A stretch of DNA of 64,000 nt, from IMG/VR virus record IMGVR_UViG_3300037153_000606. One strand, 5' to 3'. The notes beneath the pieces are model-generated. The model was not told the origin of the DNA, searched no databases, and saw only the letters and a list, made by a program, of their open reading frames with translations. The translations under genes and the position numbers were made by a program. Shown one piece after another: positions 40,001 to 47,535 of the stretch. Each line of letters starts with the position of its first letter. Position 1 is the stretch's first letter. The stretch is from a virus.

Positions 40001-40434
40001 CCGCCCCGGTCGCGCCCATTGCACCCGGACCCCCGGGCACGGCCACTCCGGCCGTGCCGAGCCCGGGTGGGCCGGGAGGTGCCGGAGGTACCGCCGTACC
40101 GGGCGGAGATTCCAACGTGCCGCAGGCATCCAGTGCAGACCTATCGCGCATTTCATCCGATTTGAAGGCATATGCCCTGCAGACGTTGACTGCACCCACC
40201 CCGGAGAACCCCACCGGGCGGGACCCCGACGAGTACCGGTCCAACACCTGGGAGGGGCTGGTCCGGCAACGGCCCATGCAGTCCGCCGAGGAGCGCAACG
40301 TGAACACCCCGACGCTGGCCCCGGAACCGATCCGGACCAGGAACGTGAACACGCCGACACCGGGCCTCGGGGACTGGGACGGGTCCACCCGCGACGAGGA
40401 CGACCTGGAAGGCGAAGAGGAGCGCGAGGACTGA
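37051..40434 (+). CDS. large multi-module protein (zinc ribbons, DUF6582-like GSFPI module), putative head/ejected protein
   Basis: AGGAG RBS; ALSDGSFPIYNAKDVQNA; CxxC pairs; four RHT(A/G) motifs. Confidence 0.65.
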   Translation: MPNEIAATALWTDAVSDHDADAHRRTVVAAKVALSGTWPFLAAASSEEEFEHRLALVTAQVEEHTPAEALDDVVASLRQDFATLASARAAEAAAAAEVTAEEGIGLAERYAHVRHRGGDEDGYFQVDLIGPQTVQTLARAASRDEAFTAARAHRVPIYENGRHAELPPVESGQEFFHAASGRWVNAREFAERAQHLGAAEDDDDEGEAGLSHQQRVAQEYAQFHRSPDWELKNIHKALNMLPFLNGPQENARLDAIKQIRSERRRRQGVFTPDPTDAMRYNRYPTIPSPDFGGSPAGPGDHPTGPDGFPPDVAQGEQRSEEAYARQTTPGPWVVPPDAAWRDSMLPNAATGLPQGQYPAPGNPAVNASRYMASGTSDDFHGGRERDAKCSDCGENYSSSLSKCPNCGKKTSSRHTAQEGVAPSTHAPNPNYFWQGAQIAGPPTFPPDPGPEPKTNNNVDDLYGAVPPEQSSGSQMGQVDGAGYSRQGTLSREAVREAAWWWGITRTGGMYYHGREFDQAARDKAAKSGHALSDGSFPIYNAKDVQNAKNRIGTSDHDRATIVKHINHWAKEYGEPPVGEEKDASRHTAASLEGFLHGLQSGQEATVGEHSVRYDAQQALDDYGRPARGFTVGTYSVTAPGGGIKYFSHSPYKPDSWAGQAKRAAAEDAARHIWDTQRQRQSSVRHTAPGGGEHAPYRIKKVDGGYAVFNDKGERKNDEAKSYPEARRFQKALYRNVPGARQSAEEDEAHKAASRGRLPFAQADRSTEQLREEEYREGREHAERGLPPETSIPGIDDVYDAGYADRRHDLGRMAAHQATCPECEGTGKDWNDYDPCPRCQGSGQASANTLSPPELDKDHRPVSVAGWRCDVCGHEVNGQTDEEGIPTQRGDSVRHTGSRRMANTSGQIVGHCDHCHAPVRWHDGDDSDAGHLEHLHNASNRCSDGSRNVAKTSGLTHLPQFFDPFCVPPSRTASGPLAMQPAAPSAPVAPIAPGPPGTATPAVPSPGGPGGAGGTAVPGGDSNVPQASSADLSRISSDLKAYALQTLTAPTPENPTGRDPDEYRSNTWEGLVRQRPMQSAEERNVNTPTLAPEPIRTRNVNTPTPGLGDWDGSTRDEDDLEGEEERED

Positions 40435-40438
40435 GGCC

Positions 40439-41389
40439 ATGAGCATCGCCATCTTCTGTGCCGACTGCCACGCCACCGGCGAGGTCGAGCGGGTCACCCC
40501 TGGCCTGATGTGCCGGTGCGGGTCGGCCAACCTGGGCCTGGACGGGGTGGACCCGAAGCCCTCCATCCACACCGCCGCACCCACCGGTCCCGGCACCGGG
40601 TGGGGACGGCCGCGACCGGACCCCACCGCCGGGTGGGACCAGTACCAGGGCCCGCCGCCCACCCCGAACCCGTACGGGCCACGGGACGGCAACCATCCCG
40701 AGGACAGCTGCCCGGAGTGCCTGGGGTCCGGCTACGACCTGATCGACAAGTGCCCGTGCCGGGCCTGTTTCGGCACCGGTCGGCGCAACCCGACCACGTC
40801 CGCACCGGCCGACGCCACGCACCCGCTCACCTGGGATTCGCACCAGGGCCCACCGGCGGGCGGGGCACGCTGGCAGGGCACCGCCACACGGCAGATCACC
40901 TACCCGGCGGGCAGCCCCACCCCTGAGTCCACTCAAACCGGACATGGCCCGGGAACGCGCGTGAGCAGGGCACAGAGCCACGCGACCCCCCATCCCAGTG
41001 TCTCTGCCCAACCAACCCCTGTTCGTGCGCCTGGCGACACCTCCGCACCCCGCACGGCGGCCCATTTCCCGTTGGTCACCGCGTCGTGTCCCAAGTGCGG
41101 GCAACGCAACGCGACCCAGCTCACCGCCGACCTGGCCAACCACGCGTGGTGGGACTGCCGCCGGTGCGGCGGGCTCGCCGACCTGGACCGGCACCCGGAG
41201 ATCGACCCGTTCGACCCGCCGCCCGCACTGCCGTCCGAACGACGCCGCAAGGCCTCCAGGCTGCGCCGTGCGCCCAAGCCGGACGGCCGCCTGTTCCCGA
41301 TGTTGGACGCGATCACGGCGGCCAACGACATCTCGCCGCGCGAGGCCCTTACCCTGGCCCGCCGGGCGCTGACGGCGCACCCGGAGTAG
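40439..41389 (+). CDS. multi zinc-ribbon protein
   Basis: CADC, CPECLGSG..CRACFGTG, CPKC..CRRC. Confidence 0.6.
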   Translation: MSIAIFCADCHATGEVERVTPGLMCRCGSANLGLDGVDPKPSIHTAAPTGPGTGWGRPRPDPTAGWDQYQGPPPTPNPYGPRDGNHPEDSCPECLGSGYDLIDKCPCRACFGTGRRNPTTSAPADATHPLTWDSHQGPPAGGARWQGTATRQITYPAGSPTPESTQTGHGPGTRVSRAQSHATPHPSVSAQPTPVRAPGDTSAPRTAAHFPLVTASCPKCGQRNATQLTADLANHAWWDCRRCGGLADLDRHPEIDPFDPPPALPSERRRKASRLRRAPKPDGRLFPMLDAITAANDISPREALTLARRALTAHPE

Positions 41390-41601
41390 ACGACCATGGG
41401 GCTTGCCAAACTTGACGGACCATCGGTACCCTCAACGGGTACCGATCGCCCAGAGCGCAAAAAGCTCCGGCGGTCGGTTTTTTGGTACCTCTCCCCCCGG
41501 TCGGCACCGGAACACTCCGGAAGCGTTATCGGCCCCGCATTTCCTGCCTCAGGGGCATTTGCGATCATGTCGTGTTACTCGCCGGTAGAAGGATCATCGT
41601 C

Positions 41602-42072
41602 GTGAGTGGGACGACGAGCTTCTACGAAGGCGACACGGTCGCCTACGTCGGGGACGCTTTGGATGGGATTGCCCCGGCTTCGGGCACGCTTCTGGCGTTC
41701 GCGTCCTCCTCCGCCGCGCACGTGAAGTGGACCTCCGGCCCGCATCTCGGCCAGATCGAGATCGTTGATCTCTACGACCTGATGCCGACCGCCTCGGTGG
41801 CGGCCCTGGAGTCGCCGCAGATCACTGCGCACTCGGTGCGCCGGGTGATGAACGCCGAGGGCGAGACCGGGGTGTTGAACTTCCTGTCCAGCGCCCGCCA
41901 ACTCGACACGTGGCCCACCATCGCCGCCGACGCGTTGGACTACGTCACCGGCCGCCTCAAGGCCGACACGTCCATGGAACTGGTCTGGGAACAACTGCGC
42001 CCGGACGAGGTCGAGAAGGTGGCCGCACTGGCCGCCGTGGTGTTGTTGCGCGACTCGTTGCCGGAGGAGTGA
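41602..42072 (+). CDS. hypothetical protein
   Basis: GAAGGA upstream; coding-like. Confidence 0.6.
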   Translation: MSGTTSFYEGDTVAYVGDALDGIAPASGTLLAFASSSAAHVKWTSGPHLGQIEIVDLYDLMPTASVAALESPQITAHSVRRVMNAEGETGVLNFLSSARQLDTWPTIAADALDYVTGRLKADTSMELVWEQLRPDEVEKVAALAAVVLLRDSLPEE

Positions 42073-42471
42073 TGGACACCCTCGTGCACTACCTGCGCAC
42101 CATGGATGCGGCACACCCGGAACCGATCGCGAACCCGTTGATCACTATCCAGAAAAGCCAGACGACCTGCCCCGAGTGTGTGACCGTCCGACGACGGCGC
42201 AGACGGACGACGGTCTGTTTGCACAAGCACGAGCATCTGCCCGCCGGGCAGTACATCTGCCGGTGCGGTGGCCGGTTCGAGGTCTGAGGAGGCCGTCATG
42301 TTCGCACTCGTCGCCTGCGTGTTGTTCATCATCGCCGCCGTGAAGCAGGGCCATCCGTCCACGGCCCTGTTCTGGGTCTACCTGGCCCTGGCCGCGTGGT
42401 CGTTGCACTTCTTCCTCGACCCGTGGTTGAGCCCGTACTACCCGCGCCGCCGTACCCGCACCGCGCCCTAG
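42072..42471 (+). other. two small genes (42072-42287 Cys/His-rich; 42298-42471 membrane protein)
   Basis: RBSs GGAGG and GAGGAGG; two hydrophobic segments in the second. Confidence 0.5.
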
Positions 42472-42481
42472 GATCCTCACC

Positions 42482-45400
42482 GTGCTGCTCACCGAGGCCG
42501 AGCTGGCCCGGAAGGCCGCGCACCAGAGCGACAACGAGCTGAACTACGCGCGGTTCGGGTGTTACCACACCGCGTTGGGCCGGGTGTTGAAGGGCCACCG
42601 CCGTGCCCTGCTCGAAGACGCCGCGATGGACCGCCCGCCGCCGGGCATCGAACCGGTCCGCCACGTCATCGAGGGTGCCCGCGCGTTCAACGCCCACCAC
42701 GGCCTGGGCGACCCGCACGGCGACGTCGACTACCACCGGGTGCGCACCCACCGGGGGTTGTTGACCGACCTGGCCAAGGCCTACGACCGGATGCCCGAGG
42801 ACGACCCCGAGGCGCACCGGCACTTCGCCGCCATGGGCCGCGAGGTGGACCGCCAGTACGAGCACATGACCAACCGGATGGGCATCCACGTCCAGGTCAC
42901 CGACCACGACCCGTACCGCGACGTGCACGAACTGCGCGAGGATGTGGCCAACAACCACCGCATCAAGGTCCTTGGCACGCACGCGACCGGCGGGCACCCG
43001 TTCTTCTCCAACGAACAGAACGACCGGTTCCGTGCGGTGCACGACCTGTTCGGGCACCTGGGCACTGGGCGCGACTTCGACCGGCACGGCGAGGAGGCCG
43101 CCTTCCAGGCGCACGCCCGGATGTTCACCCCGCAGGCTCGTGGTGCGCTCGCCTCCGAGACCCGCGCGCAGAACGCCCACCTGATCACCACCGGGCGTTT
43201 CGGTGCCCAGAAGATCGCGTTGATGCCGAAGCGGTTGTGGCACCCCGGCCTGGCGCACATGGCGGCTTCGGACCCGTCATGGGAGAATGATTTTCATGCG
43301 ATCCAGCGAGCTGCCTCCGGATCATCGGGACTACATGCATCCCGAGGTCGAGGCCGAGTTGGAACGGCGGATGAACGACGGGTACCGCTGGGACGATCCG
43401 AGTCGAGTGGCACATACCGAACGCGAGTTGCGCGAGCAGATGGACCGCGATCTGGCAGTGGCCGAAGAACACGAACGGCGACGCAGGACAGCCAGTTCGA
43501 CTTCCGCGTCCGTAGGCATCCGGGACTCGAATCCGACATCCTGAACCTGCCGTCTGAACTTCGGCCCAAGCTGCATAACCGCATTATCGAGATGGCGCGC
43601 GGCCATGAGCCGCCTGATACGCACGACCTTGACGAAGAACCATTGTCACGAGGCAGATGGCGTGCCGGGACGATCATGGACGAAACCGATCCCCAGCACG
43701 AGCAAGATCGTTGGAGGTGGATCCACCGCTACCACGGCGGCGACCTGCAGATCTTCGCCGCCGGGGCACACCATAAGCCGGGAGAGCCGGTCGATCCCGA
43801 TGCTCCTCCCGACATTTATCGACATGCCCGGGAGCGATGGGAAGACCCCGATCGGCGGTATTTCGCCGCCATCGAGTACGTCGCCATGGGCCACGCCGGA
43901 CCGGACTACACCGGGTTGAGTTTTACCGACACACAGCACCACCAGTACCGCGAGATCTCTTACCGGCGCTTACAGGCATACCATCCCGACCACGATACGC
44001 CGGTCGGCGAGATCTCCTTCTCGGTGTCCCCGCCGCACGCCAAGCGCCCGTTACCGTTGATCCAGATCGACAACGTCGGGGTGCCCGCCGAACACCGCCG
44101 CCGGGGCGTGGCCACCGCCTTGATGAACGAGCTGGAGCGGCAGTATCCGGACCACGTCATCGACCACGGGGAACGCACCAAGCCGGGGGCGGACTGGGCG
44201 AAGTCGAAGTACGGGCCGGGCCAGACCCGGGGTTGGTCCAAGGCCCGGGAACGGTTCACCACCACCGACCTCACCCTCAACGGTCGGCCCTACACCGCCA
44301 TGGGCCAAGCAGGACCGGACTACGAGGGCCTGACCTTCAAAGACATGTCCGGGTTCGAGTACGGCGCGCACCCGGACCTGCACCACCATCGATTGTTGTT
44401 CGCCAGACACCCGGACGAACCCGGGTACCTGGGCCACGTCCAGTACGAACAACACCCGCACGAGATCGAGATCCACAACCTGACCGTGCACCCGGAGTAC
44501 CAACGCCGGGGGGTGGCCAGTGCGTTGATGGGCGAACTGGAACGGCGCAATCCCGGCGTCGTGATCAACCACGGGATGCGGTCCTCGTCCGGCACGCAGT
44601 GGGCCAAGGACTTCTACGGCCACGAGGGCCCACCATTGAACAACGGCCAGCAAGGGTGGACGGTCGCCCCGCGCACCCGCGACCGGGAGAGGGTCGCCAA
44701 GCACGTCGCCGCCGAGGGATTACCGCCCGGTTACACCATGGCGGTGCGCGAGGACCCGAGCACCGAGCGGTGGGGCCTGCCCGCGCTGCACGTCAAGGTT
44801 CGCCACGGCGGTCGAGAAGTCGGCGCGTTGAGCGTGCACCAACGCGACATCGACGACGAGCGGGTCGGGCACCCGAACATCTACGTGGACCCCGAGCACC
44901 AACGCCAGGGTCTGGCCAGTGCCATGTACGCCGAGGTGCACCGGCGGTGGCCGAAGGTACCGGTGGTGCATTCCGAACACGCCAGCGATGCCGCCAAGGC
45001 GTTGAACCAGCGCCTGCTGGAGCACTTGCCGCAGTTGCACCGGCAGGCCGCCGCCGAGCGCTACTACCACGCGACGCCTTATGACTTGGATCGAGAGACG
45101 CATGTCCGGTCACCGATGGAGACAGGTCGGGAGCCGCATTGGGGTGGAATGGGCGACCAAGAGGACGCTCAGGTCTTCGGCACCCACTCCATCGAGAACG
45201 CGCACGAGTGGGGCGGCGAGATTGCCGACTCGTCCCACTACCGCATTTACGAGGTGCAGTCCGAAGGAAATGTGGAAGACCACTCTCACACCTGGGCCGC
45301 ACCCCGGGCTCGGATCCTGCGTCGGGTGCACCCTCCGGTTGCCAAGCAGGCCGCCGCCAGGCACACCATGTCATTAGCCGAACTGCGCACGTTGCCTACC

Positions 45401-47224
45401 GAGGACTACCGGGTGCGGGTGGACAAGGTGCGGGCCAAGATGGAGCACGAGTGGCGGCACGGCACGGACACCCAACGCACCTCCTGGCGCGTACACGGCG
45501 GCCCGTCGGGGTACCTGGATCAGCTCGGTGCCGACATCACCGCGCACGGCATCACCGAACCGATCGTCATCGGGCACCGGCCCAATGGGCGCACCACGAT
45601 CTACGACGGCACGCACCGGGCCCTGGTCGCGCACGAACAGGGCATCGACCCGGTGCCGGTCACCCATCTGGATCTGGTGCCGGGTCAGCACATTGCGTGG
45701 GACAATGGGAACCATGGCCGAGGACAAGCCCCGCCGGTACCCGTTGGACGAGAACGGGCGACCGGATCTGGCCGACGAGTGGGATCTGCCCGAGGACTGG
45801 CCCAAACCGGAGGACAATCCGTACGCGGTACGACCGGGCGAGGATCATCGCGAAGTGTTCAACCGGATGCGTACCGACGGTCGTCGCGAGAGAGAAGCTC
45901 GGGAAGCCGCCGAGAGGGAGCGCGCGGTCAAGAGCTGATTGTCCATCTCCCAGATCCGCATCCTCATCTGAAGAACGATCTCGATCGCCTCAGTGATGAC
46001 GATCATGAGCATTACCTAGATCGTATTGACGTCCTCAGGACTCATGATCTCGGTGGCAATACTCATTTACTGACTCACGGTCGACTTGCTGGGTGGTCTG
46101 GTACGTACCTGCACGATGACGCCCAGACACACGTAATCGTGCATCGCCGTCGTCGATACACAAGAGTGCCTCGATTACAGGTGTTGGCGGTTGGCCCCCA
46201 TGACGAGGCATACGCGAATGCCGAGCGGCGATTGTCCAATCCCTCACGACGGTTCGCCGCCGCCGACTGGGACGAGTTCCGGCGCATCCAGGACACTCAA
46301 CGCCGCCGGTACGAGCGGCCCGGCGTCGGTGGCGACCAGGAAGACCGGGACCGGTACTTCGGCACCGGTGAGATGCGCGGGGTCGGCGAGGAACGCCTGA
46401 TCACGCCCAAGGACTGGATCACGCACTCGCGCAACCAGCGCTTCGAGGACACCGACCCGCACTTCCAGGAGCACTGGCGCGGGTACGAGCTTGGACACGC
46501 GCACGGTGCGAGCGGCAGGGTGGACGCCGAAGAGTTGGAACGCGAACACGCCCGCAGCCCGCACCAGGACCATTTCCGGGCCGGGTACGGGGAAGGACTG
46601 GAGGCCGCGATGGACCGGGTGGCGGTGTTGGTTGGACCGGGTACGCCCACGGCGGTGACCATCCCGAAGACCGCGCACGTGTCCGGCAACACCGTGGACG
46701 CCCTGCACTGCCCGTTCTGCGGTAGCGGTTCGGTCACGGCACGTTCGGACGGGTCGATCGAATGCAGCTTCTGCACCGCCGCCTACACGGTGCAGGTGCA
46801 GCCGCAGTACTCGGCGTTCCCGCAGACCGTCAACGACATGCCCTACCCGTGGCCGGGCCGCGACGACCTGGGTGCGGGCGGCCTACCGGGTGGCGTAGTA
46901 GACGAACAGGACGGCGAGCAGGACGAAGCCGACGGCGAGCAGGATGGCGACGGGTCGGTCCCGCCCTGGTTGGGTGGCGGTGAAGGAGATGACCAGGACG
47001 CCGAAGACGAGGCAGACGAGGGCGAGGATGAGGACGAGCCCGAGGATGACGAGGCGTCCGTCCATGGCAGCAAGGCTCCTCCGTTCGGCAAGAAGAAGTC
47101 CTACCTGAACACACGTGGGCAGGAATTGTCCGAAGAGGACTACTTGCGGCACTTGGCGATCCTGGTCAGCCCGGACCCGGCGGCCATGGCGGCGAAGGTC
47201 AGGAAGCAGCGGGTGGGTGCGTGA
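42482..47224 (+). CDS. polyvalent protein: unknown N-domain, RelE-like, three GNAT, Arr/ART-like, ParB-like, second RelE-like, C-terminal zinc ribbon
   Basis: HRRRGVATALM, YQRRGVASALM and HQRQGLASAM (GNAT motif A); RYYHAT..IYEV; IYDGTHRALVA; CPFCGSG..CSFC. Confidence 0.78.
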   Translation: MLLTEAELARKAAHQSDNELNYARFGCYHTALGRVLKGHRRALLEDAAMDRPPPGIEPVRHVIEGARAFNAHHGLGDPHGDVDYHRVRTHRGLLTDLAKAYDRMPEDDPEAHRHFAAMGREVDRQYEHMTNRMGIHVQVTDHDPYRDVHELREDVANNHRIKVLGTHATGGHPFFSNEQNDRFRAVHDLFGHLGTGRDFDRHGEEAAFQAHARMFTPQARGALASETRAQNAHLITTGRFGAQKIALMPKRLWHPGLAHMAASDPSWENDFHAIQRAASGSSGLHASRGRGRVGTADERRVPLGRSESSGTYRTRVARADGPRSGSGRRTRTATQDSQFDFRVRRHPGLESDILNLPSELRPKLHNRIIEMARGHEPPDTHDLDEEPLSRGRWRAGTIMDETDPQHEQDRWRWIHRYHGGDLQIFAAGAHHKPGEPVDPDAPPDIYRHARERWEDPDRRYFAAIEYVAMGHAGPDYTGLSFTDTQHHQYREISYRRLQAYHPDHDTPVGEISFSVSPPHAKRPLPLIQIDNVGVPAEHRRRGVATALMNELERQYPDHVIDHGERTKPGADWAKSKYGPGQTRGWSKARERFTTTDLTLNGRPYTAMGQAGPDYEGLTFKDMSGFEYGAHPDLHHHRLLFARHPDEPGYLGHVQYEQHPHEIEIHNLTVHPEYQRRGVASALMGELERRNPGVVINHGMRSSSGTQWAKDFYGHEGPPLNNGQQGWTVAPRTRDRERVAKHVAAEGLPPGYTMAVREDPSTERWGLPALHVKVRHGGREVGALSVHQRDIDDERVGHPNIYVDPEHQRQGLASAMYAEVHRRWPKVPVVHSEHASDAAKALNQRLLEHLPQLHRQAAAERYYHATPYDLDRETHVRSPMETGREPHWGGMGDQEDAQVFGTHSIENAHEWGGEIADSSHYRIYEVQSEGNVEDHSHTWAAPRARILRRVHPPVAKQAAARHTMSLAELRTLPTEDYRVRVDKVRAKMEHEWRHGTDTQRTSWRVHGGPSGYLDQLGADITAHGITEPIVIGHRPNGRTTIYDGTHRALVAHEQGIDPVPVTHLDLVPGQHIAWDNGNHGRGQAPPVPVGRERATGSGRRVGSARGLAQTGGQSVRGTTGRGSSRSVQPDAYRRSSRERSSGSRREGARGQELIVHLPDPHPHLKNDLDRLSDDDHEHYLDRIDVLRTHDLGGNTHLLTHGRLAGWSGTYLHDDAQTHVIVHRRRRYTRVPRLQVLAVGPHDEAYANAERRLSNPSRRFAAADWDEFRRIQDTQRRRYERPGVGGDQEDRDRYFGTGEMRGVGEERLITPKDWITHSRNQRFEDTDPHFQEHWRGYELGHAHGASGRVDAEELEREHARSPHQDHFRAGYGEGLEAAMDRVAVLVGPGTPTAVTIPKTAHVSGNTVDALHCPFCGSGSVTARSDGSIECSFCTAAYTVQVQPQYSAFPQTVNDMPYPWPGRDDLGAGGLPGGVVDEQDGEQDEADGEQDGDGSVPPWLGGGEGDDQDAEDEADEGEDEDEPEDDEASVHGSKAPPFGKKKSYLNTRGQELSEEDYLRHLAILVSPDPAAMAAKVRKQRVGA
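43296..43544 (+). CDS. nested +1-frame ORF, candidate antitoxin 2
   Basis: MRSSELPPDHRDYMHP, paralogous to the 8822 ORF; ends just inside the start of a RelE-like domain. Confidence 0.6.
   Translation: MRSSELPPDHRDYMHPEVEAELERRMNDGYRWDDPSRVAHTERELREQMDRDLAVAEEHERRRRTASSTSASVGIRDSNPTS
45714..45938 (+). CDS. nested +1-frame ORF, candidate antitoxin 3
   Basis: acidic MAEDKPRRYPLDENGRPDLADEWDLPEDW; same start signal; stops just before a RelE-like domain. Confidence 0.5.
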   Translation: MAEDKPRRYPLDENGRPDLADEWDLPEDWPKPEDNPYAVRPGEDHREVFNRMRTDGRREREAREAAERERAVKS

Positions 47225-47535
47225 CCTCCTCGGCCACCGTCACCGCGTTGCTCGCCGACTACGACCTCGGCGAGTTCGCCCGCGCCTCCGAGCATCCGTG
47301 CCAGGCGTCCCGGTTCCACTCACCGCGCCCGTTGTTGACCCGCCATTACGACTTCGGCACCCATTACGTCTCGTACTGGTTGTGCGGCACCTGCGCGGGC
47401 AACATCCAGATGTTCCTGTTGGTACACGAGAACGAGGGCGAGCTGCCCTGGTCCACGCTGCGCGAGTTCGGCAACGAAGTACGCCGTATCGGCAACACCA
47501 TTATCCTGCGCCGCCAGCAGGCCAGCCGTGGCTAG
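47221..47535 (+). CDS. hypothetical protein
   Basis: overlaps neighbours; Cys/His motif. Confidence 0.55.
   Translation: MTSSATVTALLADYDLGEFARASEHPCQASRFHSPRPLLTRHYDFGTHYVSYWLCGTCAGNIQMFLLVHENEGELPWSTLREFGNEVRRIGNTIILRRQQASRG

Noticed and set aside
41390-41600. ncRNA or origin in the intergenic gap with the ATCGGTACCC/GGGTACCGAT hairpin
   Set aside because: A single hairpin with no family resemblance or second copy; not enough to call.
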